Source of the DNA: Rhizaria sp. SCN 62-66
Taxonomy: Eukaryota
Direction: 5' to 3'
DNA length: 64,000 nt
Assembly (NCBI GenBank): GCA_001724265.1
Contig: MEDY01000097.1
Location: 1-64,000 of the forward strand
Position numbers and translations under genes: made by a program. Within the stretch, counting starts at the first letter, position 1. Every line of letters begins with the position of its first letter. Below the pieces are notes generated by a model that saw nothing but the letters and a program-made list of their open reading frames with translations, searched no databases and had not been told where the DNA came from. Shown here one piece after another: positions 23,074-35,062 of this stretch.

Positions 23074-23946
23074 ATGTCGTTCCTTGGTCTGGCGCGCCGT
23101 ATGGCTGCGACTACCGCCAAGCCCGCCGCCGCCGCTGCGGCCGCCAGCCTTGCTGTGGTTGGCGCTGCTCCTGCCCGCGAGCTGAGCACGTCTCTCTTCT
23201 CTTCCTCGAAGCCCCTGTTCCGCTCGAGCTACGTCGCTCCCCTGACCAAGGGTGACTGGCGCGTCTCGAACAAGCGCCACCGCAAGGGCACTAAGGTCGT
23301 GCGTGGTATCCTCAATGACGAGGGCAAACTCGAGGTTCCTTCGATCCGCACCGAGGCTGAGGCTGCCGCCGAGAAGGCCGCGATTCGCTCTATGCGTCCC
23401 ACGCGTACCGTGTTCCCGCTGCGCAAGGTGTTCCTGCGCAACAAGTACCGCGATCTGTTCGACAAGGCGCAGCTCATGGTCGTGCTCCATTCGCTCGACT
23501 CGACCTCGTTCGAGCTCCTCAAGAACGACGTCTCGGACCACTTCACCTCGGCGCACCTCTGCACGGGCCTTATCCAGATTCAGGACAAGCCCTACGCCAA
23601 CCTGGTGAACCTGCTGCGCTCGACGGCGCGCGTGCTGTACCTCACCGACGCCTCTAAGGTTATCACGGGCCTCGCCGCGCTCAACACGGCCGTCAAGGCC
23701 TACCCCAATCTTCTCTTCCTGGGCGGCATGGTCCAGGGCGCCACGGTCACCTCGTACCAGATGGAGGAGCTGCTCCAGTTCCAGTCGATTGAGCAGGTCA
23801 AGGGCACTGTCATCCCCTACCTCAGCGCGCCCGCGCAAATCATCCCCGCGCTCCAGTCGCCCTCGATGCAGCTTATCCAGCTCCTCCAGCACCACTCCAA
23901 GGTCCTCGGCGGTGCCGGTGCCGAGGGCGCGGCCGCTCCCGCCTGA
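23074..23946 (+). CDS. MRPL10: Mitochondrial ribosomal protein uL10m with transit peptide
   Basis: First ATG at 23074 gives MSFLGLARRMAATT (Arg/Ser/Ala-rich presequence). L10-like core PLRKVFLRNKYRDLFDKAQLMVVLH...PYANLVNLLRS...LLFLGGMVQG...LQFQSIEQVKGTVIPYLSAPA. Confidence 0.8.
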   Translation: MSFLGLARRMAATTAKPAAAAAAASLAVVGAAPARELSTSLFSSSKPLFRSSYVAPLTKGDWRVSNKRHRKGTKVVRGILNDEGKLEVPSIRTEAEAAAEKAAIRSMRPTRTVFPLRKVFLRNKYRDLFDKAQLMVVLHSLDSTSFELLKNDVSDHFTSAHLCTGLIQIQDKPYANLVNLLRSTARVLYLTDASKVITGLAALNTAVKAYPNLLFLGGMVQGATVTSYQMEELLQFQSIEQVKGTVIPYLSAPAQIIPALQSPSMQLIQLLQHHSKVLGGAGAEGAAAPA

Positions 23947-26292
23947 GCGCCACGACCACCGCGTGAGCACCACCACCAACACAGTACAGTGTACATGCGA
24001 GTGCGACATCATTCTCGCAGCTCTTCTGTTGTTGTTTCTGGTGCTTGATGATGATTATTATAGCCCTTGGCTTTGTTGTTTATGTATTGGGACGCTTCAT
24101 CTGGAGTGTTCTGTTTCTCTCTTTATCTCTTGCTCTCTCTCTATCTTGTGTACCTACAGTTCTGTTGGCACCCACGAAACCTGACACACGCACTGCGACG
24201 TTACGCTGCGCTACTTAACGCTTATTCACGCACACGCTTTGTTTTGTATAGTATCTACGTACTAACATCGCGGCTGCGTTGGCGTGGGAGCTGTTAGCTG
24301 TAGTCTGTGTAGGTATCGGTATGTGTTTGTGTAAACAGATATGGCCAGTCTGAGCGGACCAGCGACACCGCAACACAAAACCTATTTTAATAAATAAAAC
24401 CCTTTAATTCAAACATATAGTTGTTGGGTCGTTTTTTCACATGCGGTGGCTGCTTCATTTTCGTCATTCTCTCTCCGATATCTTTTTTTCAGCAAGTCAA
24501 ACAGTGTGAAGAGACATTAAGATCGGGATCCCGATAGAACTTCGTCATTTCAACTTAAATTCACGGTGCATTTGCATGACCAAAAGTTGTAAAATGTCAT
24601 TTATCTTTTGATACTTCGTTCATGTCACGCCATCACTGCTATATAAGCAATATGTGTTATGTTCGAAATCGGCATAGACTTGTGAAGTGACACACACAGA
24701 AAGGCGACTGTATTTAGTTGTATTGCATAGCAAATGCTTTTTTTAAACGATTGTTTCTGATTCTTCTTGTCTACATAATGACTTCCGGTCAGATCAATCC
24801 CCTGACAATGATGTTGATGTTGTCGGCCGTGCTAATTAATGTGATGATTTTGTACTGTTGAAACGTGGTGGAGATGGTGCTGTTGATGTTGTTGTTGAGG
24901 TTGATCGTTGCCGCAACGCAACTGCAAAAAGCCGGACGCAGTTGCCGTCGCCGCGCGCTGCACATGAAGAGGCACAGACGCACGCACACATGCTGTCCAT
25001 GGCGTGCACAGACACACTCATGTGATGCTGCTGCTGCTGCCGCTGCTGATGCTACTGGTCGTTGCGACGTCGATGCTTTTGTCATGAGGACGGTTGGGGA
25101 AGTGGGGTTATTGTTGGAGAGGTGATGTTGAGGAATTGCCGAGTAACGACCCGCGCTCTGTCGCCACAACCGTAAACAGTCTGTTACAGCAGCGGCAGCA
25201 GTTGATATTATAATAGAAACAGAGAGCGCGGGGCGTGCAGCTGAGAGAGTGTGTGTGCGCGCGAGGGGATATGAGGAAAAACATACTGAGAACTAGAGAT
25301 AATACTGGTGACACTAAGATGTGATGAAATAAAATTTTACTAAGGCTAAACAAAAAAGGAAGCTCGATGCAAGGTTGTGATGATAAGAACTGACGAGGGA
25401 AGTAAACACAACAAACTAAAAAAACCTTTGTCAACAAGCTTTTTGAGATAGCATATTAATATTTTAAGTGACATGACGACATACTACAAAGCGTAAATGA
25501 AAAAAGAAAACGAAAAAAAGGAGAAAACAAGGGAGATGATGGGTCGGGAGCAGGGACAGGGATCGGCGGACTTGGGGAGTAATAGAGCGGGGGATTAAAG
25601 GAGGATGCGGCAGGAGCGGGGACAGAGAGGGGATAAGGAGAGGAATGCGAGTGGGACGGAGACGACAACGAGGAAAGATGATCAACAAAAGCGGGGGATT
25701 AGGATTAGGATTGGGAAGGGGAACACAAACGGTGTTCAACAGAGGGCGGTGCGGTGATGGGACGACAGGCGGGGCAAGGGCAAAGACGAGTGTGGGAGAA
25801 AGGGACACAGGAGAAAAGAAGAGGCGAGGAAGAGCAAAAGCAAGAGAGAAACGAAACGAAAAGAAGAGCAAAGCATACTGGCAAAACAATGGTCTGAAAA
25901 CCAAACTTAGTGTACGCAACACATCGCCACGTGGACACTGCGTCGAAAACGAACAACGTGTTCGTGTTTGTGTAGTTTCGTGTGACGAGTGTTTTTCGCG
26001 GCGAAGCGGCACCTGTGACGGACAAGGTCGTACACATGGGTTTTTTCAGAGACAGTGCTCTGTCTGAGGGAGCAAAGCAAAACACAATCCGCGGTGACAT
26101 TGACGTTCACAGCAAACAGTGAGCATAAACAGCAACACATGCACAAGCAACGGACACGAGCGCATTTGCTCGCGCGCGCTCGTGCAGTGAGCGCTACAAG
26201 ACAGACAACACGTATGAGGGGAGTGTAGCTGTACTGTCGCTGTCGCGGTGACTGTGGCTATGCGACAGGTGCAGCGCAGTGCATTGAACTGG

Positions 26293-26348
26293 ACTGCACT
26301 GCACTGCACTGCACTGCACTGCACTGCACTGCACTGCACTGCACTGCA
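26293..26348. repeat. (ACTGC)n pentanucleotide microsatellite, about 11 copies
   Basis: Perfect tandem actgc units seen directly in non-coding DNA. Confidence 0.95.
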
Positions 26349-26598
26349 TTTGAGCGCGGCTGCTCAAAGAGAAAAATACGAAAGGAACAGGAACGAAGAC
26401 GATAAGGACGGGGATGAGGATGAGGGGGAAGGTGATGAAGAAGGACAACAACAACAGCGACGAAGCAGAAGCGGGTGCATTAGCGGATGCAGGACGGAGT
26501 GAACGAGAGCGAAGAAGAGAGAAAGAGATGAATGGAGAGGCTGAAAGAGCGGGCTCAGGAGGACATAGGGGACTGGGAAAGGCGAATGATACGAACGA

Positions 26599-26647
<49 letters not shown>
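26599..26647. repeat. Compound (TG)n(AG)n microsatellite
   Basis: About 13 TG units abutting about 11 AG units. Confidence 0.95.
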
Positions 26648-29600
26648 GTGGTGATGAGTGCGCGTACAAGAGGCAAAGCGAGTGCAACTGACTGGGATGA
26701 CAGTGACAAAGCGCATATGTCGTTGATGCACGGGAGAAAAGAGAGAGAAAGAGAGAGCGTAAAGTAACTGTGTCTGACGAGAAGATGAGAGAAAATGAGG
26801 GGCCGGCGAAGGGCTAGGTAGAGATTGGTAGGTATAGATTATTGTGAGTAAGTTGGAGAGAGAGATAAATGATGATGGCAGCAGTTGCAACGGCATTAAC
26901 AGCTGCAACACCAACAACAGCAACACCAACAAGCAGCAGCAACAGAAGCAGCGACTACACGCGCGTTCCGTTACACGTGGCACAGAGAGTTAGTACATGT
27001 CAGAATGGCACAACAGCGAGCGGAGTGAGTGTGTGTGTCGAGTGATTGAGAGCACGAACACCGCGGCAGTCGCAGCAACTGCGAAGGCCCCGGGCTGCGC
27101 GAGTTGACACTGGCACCGACATTGACACTGGCACTGGCATTGTAGTCACGAGCACGGGCATTACACTAGCATGGGAGGACGCGAGTGAAATGAATTTGCA
27201 TCCACGTTGTACTAAGCACTACTGATCTAACGGAGTTGATGCTTGATCCTATTAGAAAATGACGAAAGCTGTGATTATTACGATTAAGGAGTGTTAAAAA
27301 CGTGATATTGGACGTGTTGTTGGTGCTGCATCAGGCGGGAGTTTGTTTAGTTCGTAAAAGAAAAAGAGGCTCAACAGAGAAACAAGTGTGGCCAAGCCGT
27401 AGTTAAACGAATGACACAGACAAGAAAACAGAGACAAAGGGGAAAATAAGCAGACTCCACAGCGGCTACAGCCTCGCGAACGGCTGCAGCAGCATTGTGG
27501 AAGTCCACGTTCACGCAATAGCGACGGTGACAGCAACTGCAACAGTGGCAGCCTCGACGGCAGCGATGGCAACGAGCGTCTGTGACGACGGCAGCGGCGG
27601 CAATCAGGCAGTCAAGTGATACAGTCCAGTCAGAAGTCGGCATGCTTCAGTCAATCAGTCAATTGGCCAGTCAGACAGGCGACAGTTAAGCGAGCAGTTA
27701 AGCACGCACGCGAGAAAGCGCGCGGGTGCAAGCAGTTAGACAATCATTTAGTCAGCAAATCAGCGATAGTAAACAGTCAGTCAGTCAGCCAGTCAGGCAC
27801 TAATCACTAGCAAGTCAATTACTAGGAAGTCATGAGCCATGAAAGCGTGCGCAAACGCACACGCACTGCGGACCCGCATACATAAACCTGGTGAAATAGG
27901 CGTGTGCGCCGCAGTACGTGCAGGCTGAGACACATGGCACGGTGTGTGTGCACAGTCGGCGGGCATTCTATCACATTGACCGACGACAGCGCACAGAAAC
28001 ACACTGGACGAATGGTGTGCGACTGTGTGCGCGTACTGAGACTGCTATAATGCGAGAGAGATGTTGGGAGAAATGAATGTTAAAACATGCAAGCAGATAA
28101 ACAGACTGAAAAGCAACGGTGTGGGGGAGCAGGGATAGTCATTGGCGAACTCAAAGAGTAAAGAGGAAAGCGAAAAAAAAAGCCGCTTCAGCGCGCGCCA
28201 CCCACAGTGTCTAGCAATGACGCGAACTCGCCGTACGTGAACTAAGGTCAAAACAGAATAGCACGAGTGTGCAGAGACGCAAAGCGAAATAAACTAAAGA
28301 TGCACGACCGCGCGCGGACAAAAGCACACACAGTGCACTTGACACCAAACACATACGCGGGTGTAAAGTGCAACCGAATGCAGCGAAGTGCTTTGTCACA
28401 GAGCGCGCGACGGGCATACGTTTGGCGAAAAAAAGCGAAACGAAAAGGCAATCTCGCGGAGACAACGACATCGACAGCGGTGGCGGCTGTTGCAATAGCG
28501 TAACAGCATAGCAATGATCGAGAGAGGTGTTTGTTGTGGGTATGAGGGCGACAGCATACTGAGAACAGAAAGAGTCTGAACGCAAGAGAGACAATGAGTG
28601 TGCATGAGAGCAAAGCAAGATGACTCCGGCAAAAATACGCGCCGTTTCACTCCAACATGCATTCACAGACACACACACTCAGAGGCTCACTGCATGGCAC
28701 AACGCAACGACAAGCTGTGCACAAAACAAACTCCAATGCATTTCAGTCAGTTTGCGCTCACTTTCACGATGATAACAAAGCGTCTCGATTACAACAAACA
28801 CATCCAAGGTCACATCCGTCGGCGTTGTCACTGAGAGCGCCAGTGCCCGTGCCAAGAAACGGCTGCGGCGCAAAGCGCAAAAAGCGCATGCAATAGAAAC
28901 AAGCTATACGGATAGCGTTAACAGATGTACACAGAGAGAGAGAAACAGAGCAAGATGTGGCGGGGAAAACAGGCCAATTCGGGATAGGGGGACAGCAGAT
29001 AGGGCGGGTACGAGGTAAGGGGTTCGGGGAGGAAGTGAGGTTCAAACACATAAAACATTACAGTAAACAAAAAACATTGAAACTCTAGCGATTGTCTAGA
29101 TAATCGCGGGGTTAAACTTTGAGTGGACACTTGACTAGTACAGGGGTAGACAGTACTTAGTTGCAAGATGGCAAGATACATAAACAAAGCATACGAATGT
29201 CGCAAATATGAATAAAAAAAGACAAGAAATAAACAAAAATACTACTACGCATAAGAATGACATATTTCTTACAAACAGAGGCGCTCATTAGCGAAAAAAC
29301 AGATTGAGCAAAATGGTTGAGCGCCCAAAGAAAAACCAGAAGTAGTCACCGTTGATTGACGACAGCAGCAAGCATTCACAAAGCACAAAAATAAGCAGCT
29401 ATCGGCCTCCGAGAGCTAATTCGTTTGGCACGCGAACAGTGTTAAGGGCGCTGCAAACGTCCGCAGGCAACGCATCACACACCATGGTTAACACAGAGTA
29501 GCATCGAAAAGACAGAGCTTTGCCGAGCAAAGCAGCAGGCGCGGCCAAGGGAGGCAGTCAATGCGCGTGTTAAGCGTGAGACGGTAAGTGCGCTGGTGAA

Positions 29601-29960
29601 GCAACGGCGTTAATGCAGAACCAGGGTCCGGTTCAGTTAGTGTGGGCGCAAAGCAGGTGCGCATCTTGATAGCGGATGCAGAGCGAGAGTTAAACATGAA
29701 TCACGAATCGCGCGCGCAAGCGCAAGTCGAGACGTAGGCAGTAGATGCAGCAGAGAATACAAGGCAGAAAAGCAAAGCAACAGCGTACAAACAGAGAGTA
29801 ACCTTTTGAGCAAAGAAACTTTCCGGGTTATCAATCAACACATGGTGCAGAGAAGCAGGACAGAGCGGTGCATTGGCGATCATTGACTCGCGTTTCGCAT
29901 GGACACGAGGCAACGACTGTGCGTAAGCGGGTAAGCATGGCAGGCGGCAGACTGGCACGC

Positions 29961-32900
29961 TTACTCTTGCTGGTAGCGCTGCTCAGCGGGGTTCCACGAC
30001 GCCTGTTGCCCCCAGCGGCCGCCAGACTGATGTTGCTGTTGCTGCTGCTGCTGCTGCTGCTGGGACTGCTGCTGAGACTGCGGCTGGCCGTAACCATCGC
30101 CCTGGTTCGCGTCGCCGTGGCCGTGGCCGGTGAGATTGCTGTTGCTGCGGCTGTGGCCGCTGCGGTGGCCTGGGCCCTGGCTGTAGCCATGGCCGCCATA
30201 GCCGCCGCGCGCGGGCGACCGGCTCTGCGGCGAGTGCCCGTGCTGCTGCTGCTGGTGGTGGCCGCCCCGCTGCTGCTGCTGTTGCTGCATGTGTTGCTGC
30301 TGCAGGTGCGAGTTGAGCATCTGCGGCGACGGCGGGTATGCCACAGCGCCCGCGCCTGCGCCCGCGCCCGCGGAGGAACCGCCGCCGCCGCGACTGCTGC
30401 GGGTCAACGCGCCGGGGCTGTTATGATACACGCTGCCGCTCTTGGGCCCGACGAGCCCGAGCCCAAGCCCCACGGGCGACTGCGGCGACGGCGCCTGTAG
30501 CGTCTGCGGGCCGCCGCTGCCGCTGCCGCTGCCGCTGCCGCTGCCGCTGCCGCTGCCGGCGCTGCCGGCGCCGCTGTTGGCGGCGTAGTAGCGCGGCGCT
30601 GCGCCCGCAGCAGTCGCGGCCGCGGCCGCGGCGGCCATGGACGCGGACGAGTAGTTGCCGTGCGGCGGGTACGCCGAAGTTAGGCCGCTTGCGTGCGCGT
30701 GCGCGTGCAGCATCACATGCGACTGTTGCTGCTGTTGCTGCTGCTGCGCGTAGCCGTACGCGGCGTACCCGACGGGCCCGTGCGCGTGTACCTGGCTGAG
30801 TCCGGCACCGCCGTGGCCCGGCTGGGCATGGCCGTGGCCGTGTGCGTGCGCGTGCGGCTGCGGCGGGTAGTGCTGCAGCTGCTGCATCTGCGGCGGTGGC
30901 GCGTTCGCGGCGGGGCCCGGCGCCGACGCGGCAGCCACGGCCGCGGCCGTCAGCGCGGCGGAGTTGCCGTCGCTGTTGCTGGGGCGCATCGGCGTGCCGG
31001 ACCCCGCGCCGACACCGGCGCCCGCGGGGACGCCCGCGAGCCCGCGGCCGTAGCCGCCGTGGGCGACGCCCAGCCCGCCCGGCATGCCCCCGTGGCCGCC
31101 GTGGCCGCCGAGCCCGCCGTGCAAGTGGGCGCCGTGCGCGTGCGCCTGCGGGTGGCCGTGGGCCGCGGCGAGCCCGTGCTGACCGGTGAGCCCATGCTGA
31201 CTGGTGAGCCCGTGCGAGACGCCGTGGCCGTGCGCCGGCTGCAGCCCGCTGTAGCCCACGGCGTGGGCGTGGGGCGGCGCCAGCGCGTGCGCGTGGACCG
31301 CGGGGTGGCCGTGCGCGTGTGCAGAGTGCGCGACGTAGGCGGCGTGCGCGGCCATCGCGTGGCCGTGGGCCGCGGAGTGACCGTGGGCTGCCGAGTGACC
31401 CTGGGCAGGGTGGCCGTGGTAGGCGGAGCCGGCGCCACCGTGCGGTTGCTGCTGCTGGGAGCCCGCTGCTGCCGCAGCGACCGCAGCTGCAGCGGCGGCC
31501 TGTTGCTGCTGTTGCTGCTGCTGGGTGTTGAGACTGAGGCCCATGGCAGCCGCCGCGGCCGCCGCAGCCGCGGCAGCATGCTGTTGCTGCTGCTGCTGCT
31601 GCTGCTGCTGTTGCGAGGGAGACGCGGCGGCGACGGCGGCGGCGGCCGCGGCGGCGACGGCGGCGTTGCTGTTCGCGGCCGCGGCGACGGCGGCGGAGAT
31701 GATGGGCGTGCCCGAGGCCGTGAGCGGGGTGAGGCCCGCGGGCATGGCGACTGGCGGCGCGCCAGGCAGCGTGGGCGCCATGGCGGCCGGCACCGGGCAC
31801 ATCACGGGCTCGAACAGCACGCGCGGGCGCAGCGCGGCCATGGCCTCGACGAGCACGCCGGGCGGGACGGGGCCCGTCAGGAGATCGAGCCCGCCGCCCG
31901 CTCCGGTGCCCGCGCTGGTGGAGCCCGCGGCGACCGCGGCGGCGGCGGCGGCGGCCGGGTGCGTCGTCGCGCCGCCCGCGCCCGCGCCCGCGGCAACCAC
32001 GGCAACGGCGGTGACCGAGGTCAGGACGTGGATCAGCGTCTGCGTCACGGCAGCCAGCACGCGCGACGGCGCGCCAGAGAAGGACACGGTTTTCTCGGTG
32101 GAACGCCCCACGGCCTCGTTGGCCACGCGCACGACAGCGCCAGTGCTCTGCCGCAACGCCGAGATGGTTGCGCCCGCGGGCCCGATCACCGCACCCGACA
32201 GCCCGGCAGGGATCAGCAGCGTCAGGTGCGCGACACAGGTGTCGTCGAGCGCGCCCGTGGTTAGCAGCGCGTCGGCCGGGACCAGCTGCGTGCGAGGGTA
32301 GTACTGGGCCGCCGCGGCCGCAGCAGCAGCGGCCGCCGCGCCGCCGCCGCCACTGCCGCCACCCGCGTGGTGACCGTGGCCGTGGCCGTGCGCGTGACCG
32401 TGAGCATGGGGGTACCCGTCGGGGTCCGAGCCCGAGCCCGCGGTCGAGGCGACGACGGCCGCGGCGGCCGCAGCGGCGCCCGCGGGCGTCAACGTGGTGA
32501 CTCCGTTGGCCGCGGTGGTTGCGACGAGTGTGTTGTGCGAGTCGTACACGAGTCCTTCCAGACCGGCCACGGGCGAGGCGATGATGACGGTGTGGTACGA
32601 CAGCTTCGACACGATAATGTGCAGCGCGGCGGTCACCGCGGGCAGCACGCCGCGCAGGAAGAGCACGCGCGTGTCGGCGCCCGGGCTGTGCGCCTCGAGG
32701 TTCACGTACGCGCCCGTGCGCTCGCGCAGCAGGCGGATGGTGGAGCCGCCGCGGCCGATGACGGCGCCCGCGGAGCGCGCGGTGAGCAGCAGTCGCACAG
32801 GCAGCAACATCTGTTCCAGCAGTACCGGCAGGCCGACCGTCGTGCTCATGCCGGGCAGGGGCAGCGCGGGGCCGGCGGTGCCCGTCGCGCCGCTCGTGCC

Positions 32901-34457
32901 AGCGCCGCCTGCGGTCGCGGCGGCGTTGGCGTTCCCCGCACTGGCGCCCGAGTTGAGGCCGCCAAGGTTGGCGAGGCTGCCGACGTGGAGACCGCCGAGG
33001 TTGAGGCCGCTCAGACTTCCTAGCCCGGAGAGGTTCGCATGAGAATTTGAATGAATCTGCGTCTGATGCTGGGACTGGGACTGGGACTGGGACTGTCCTG
33101 TGGTTGCTGCGGCGACGGCTGCTGCTGCAATCGCCGCCGGGCCCGCACCAGCGGTGTGCGGGTTCTGCTGGTGGGAGTGGTGACCGTGAGCGTGACCGTG
33201 CGCAGTCATGTGTGCAAGCGCGTGCTGGTTGTTGTGGCCGTGATGCTGCGGCTGCATGAGCTCGGCAGCAGGCGAGGCCGGAGTCGACGCGGACGTGGTC
33301 GTCAGCGACGAGGACGACGAGGACGAGGACGACGCGGGCGCCGAGGCCGGGGTCGCGCCAGCGGACGTGGTGCTGCCAGCAGCCGCGGCCGCAGTCGCCG
33401 CAGGGGTCGCCAACGCGAGCGAGGCCAAGCTCTGCGACAACGCGCGCGCGCCAACGTCGTCGCCGACACTGGCGGCGCCGCCGGAGACGTTGTTCTTGCT
33501 GTTGTTGCTACTGTTGTCGCCAACGCTGTGCCCGTTGTCGCTCCGGGCGACAGCGGCAGCGCCCCCGAGAGCGGTGGGCGCGTGGCCACTGACCGCAGGG
33601 GTGGGCTCCGACGGGGGCGCGGTGGTGGTGGCCGCCGCCGCGCTGTGCGACTGGAGGAGCGCCGCGGGGCCGGACTCGGGGCCCGAACCGGGGCTGAGTT
33701 CGTCCGCGGTCGTCGTCGCGGACGGGGACCGGCCCGCGGGCGGCTGCTGCGCGGCGGCTCTCGAACCCGGCACGGACGCCGCGGACGGCGACGCTGCCAA
33801 GGCCGAGGGACAGGCTGAGGCCGAGTCAGCGGCGATGTCGGCGGCGTCGCTGTCGGGCGGTGCGGGCGCGGTGGTCGCTGGGGAAGGATCCGAGCCGGAG
33901 CCGAGACCGGGGCCGGGGCCGCAGTGTGCGCCTGAGCCAGAGCCTGAGCCTGAGCTGCCTAAGAGTAATGGGGCGTTATTGGCGTTAGGCGAGCTTAGCT
34001 GAGTGCGCAGCATGTGCATGGCCGTCAGGGGCGCCCCAGCAGATGAAGTCGCAGCCACGGGCGCGTTGGCAGAGGCAGATGTAGCGTCTGACGCGGAGGA
34101 TGTGGCATTTGTTGTTGATGACGTCGACATGTCGCTTGTCGAGTGAGGAGGAGCTGGAGCGTCTGCAGGACGCGGGTCCTTGACGGTAACCCCTACACCG
34201 GGCGCTGGTACGGTAGAAGCGCCGCGTAGCAACGTTTGTGTGGCGGCGGTGCAAGGCGCGGTGAAGGCGCTGGCGTCTGCGGCGTCGGCAGAGGTACAGG
34301 CGTGGGTTTGGCGCGTGGATGTGTCGATGTCAACGCTTTGTAAATGCGGTGGGCGGGTACAGTTGTCCGCTCTACCAGGAGGGGTTTTGGGAACGAAAAA
34401 GCTCGACGGGTTGTCTCCTACAATGTGCGCATTAAGACAAAAGTCCAAAGAGTGCAT
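29961..34457 (-). CDS. KH-domain RNA-binding protein (PCBP/hnRNP K/Nova-like, two KH domains) with huge His/Gln/Ala-rich disordered regions
   Basis: Two type-I KH motifs: VRLLLTARSAGAVIGRGGSTIRLLRERTGAYVNL (about 32800-32610) and LTLLIPAGLSGAVIGPAGATISALRQSTGAVVRV (about 32230-32030). Start uncertain; ATG 34130 (MSTSSTTN) is an alternative. Stop TAA. Confidence 0.85.
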   Translation of the reverse strand: MHSLDFCLNAHIVGDNPSSFFVPKTPPGRADNCTRPPHLQSVDIDTSTRQTHACTSADAADASAFTAPCTAATQTLLRGASTVPAPGVGVTVKDPRPADAPAPPHSTSDMSTSSTTNATSSASDATSASANAPVAATSSAGAPLTAMHMLRTQLSSPNANNAPLLLGSSGSGSGSGAHCGPGPGLGSGSDPSPATTAPAPPDSDAADIAADSASACPSALAASPSAASVPGSRAAAQQPPAGRSPSATTTADELSPGSGPESGPAALLQSHSAAAATTTAPPSEPTPAVSGHAPTALGGAAAVARSDNGHSVGDNSSNNSKNNVSGGAASVGDDVGARALSQSLASLALATPAATAAAAAGSTTSAGATPASAPASSSSSSSSSLTTTSASTPASPAAELMQPQHHGHNNQHALAHMTAHGHAHGHHSHQQNPHTAGAGPAAIAAAAVAAATTGQSQSQSQSQHQTQIHSNSHANLSGLGSLSGLNLGGLHVGSLANLGGLNSGASAGNANAAATAGGAGTSGATGTAGPALPLPGMSTTVGLPVLLEQMLLPVRLLLTARSAGAVIGRGGSTIRLLRERTGAYVNLEAHSPGADTRVLFLRGVLPAVTAALHIIVSKLSYHTVIIASPVAGLEGLVYDSHNTLVATTAANGVTTLTPAGAAAAAAAVVASTAGSGSDPDGYPHAHGHAHGHGHGHHAGGGSGGGGAAAAAAAAAAAQYYPRTQLVPADALLTTGALDDTCVAHLTLLIPAGLSGAVIGPAGATISALRQSTGAVVRVANEAVGRSTEKTVSFSGAPSRVLAAVTQTLIHVLTSVTAVAVVAAGAGAGGATTHPAAAAAAAVAAGSTSAGTGAGGGLDLLTGPVPPGVLVEAMAALRPRVLFEPVMCPVPAAMAPTLPGAPPVAMPAGLTPLTASGTPIISAAVAAAANSNAAVAAAAAAAVAAASPSQQQQQQQQQQQHAAAAAAAAAAAMGLSLNTQQQQQQQQAAAAAAVAAAAAGSQQQQPHGGAGSAYHGHPAQGHSAAHGHSAAHGHAMAAHAAYVAHSAHAHGHPAVHAHALAPPHAHAVGYSGLQPAHGHGVSHGLTSQHGLTGQHGLAAAHGHPQAHAHGAHLHGGLGGHGGHGGMPGGLGVAHGGYGRGLAGVPAGAGVGAGSGTPMRPSNSDGNSAALTAAAVAAASAPGPAANAPPPQMQQLQHYPPQPHAHAHGHGHAQPGHGGAGLSQVHAHGPVGYAAYGYAQQQQQQQQSHVMLHAHAHASGLTSAYPPHGNYSSASMAAAAAAATAAGAAPRYYAANSGAGSAGSGSGSGSGSGSGSGGPQTLQAPSPQSPVGLGLGLVGPKSGSVYHNSPGALTRSSRGGGGSSAGAGAGAGAVAYPPSPQMLNSHLQQQHMQQQQQQRGGHHQQQQHGHSPQSRSPARGGYGGHGYSQGPGHRSGHSRSNSNLTGHGHGDANQGDGYGQPQSQQQSQQQQQQQQQQHQSGGRWGQQASWNPAEQRYQQE

Positions 34458-35062
34458 GAGAGACAGCAGGGGGGAGGGATCTATAACCTCGTGACAAAGT
34501 GACAGGTTCGCAACACATCAGAGTTAGTTATTGACAGATATGGACGGTTTTACTGCTGCATGAGGAGATAAGATCGATAAGACTGGATAGCACACGTATA
34601 ATACACAGAGGTGAGTGTTGTTTTCTTACCGTTCGAGCTCATCGCGTGGTCCCTAAGGGTGAGAAAATTGAGGGCACAGGAAAGATAGAAGGGTTGAAAA
34701 TGAGATATATTCGAGAGCGCCTTTAGGACGGCTATAGTGCCACAAGTACACTTTGATCCGATAAAATACACATAAAACAAGCTGATGAGACCCATTTTTT
34801 TTGAACTTGCACAAAATCGCGCAAGATTACGCCCCACAAAGCAAACGCTGCCAAGTGCTGCGGTAAGCTTTCGCCCTCGACTTTTGTGGTCGCTCTCTCT
34901 TGTCCGCTCTTGCGATGACTGGCCCCATTTTTCGGAAAGTGACCGTGAGCCTCACTTAGCCATTCGAGAACTTCGGCTGGGCCGAGCCTTGGGGCGGTGT
35001 GATGAGAGGTCGAATCTGGATTTTGCACGATTGTTGCTATTTCGCATTTCAAAGCGTTAATA

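Noticed and set aside
26293-26348. Tandem repeats here and at 49522-49593 considered as CRISPR-like arrays
   Set aside because: No unique spacers and no cas genes; eukaryotic context.
26046-26709. ORFs with QCSAV and THTH repeats
   Set aside because: Translations of the (ACTGC)n and (TG)n(AG)n microsatellites, not genes.
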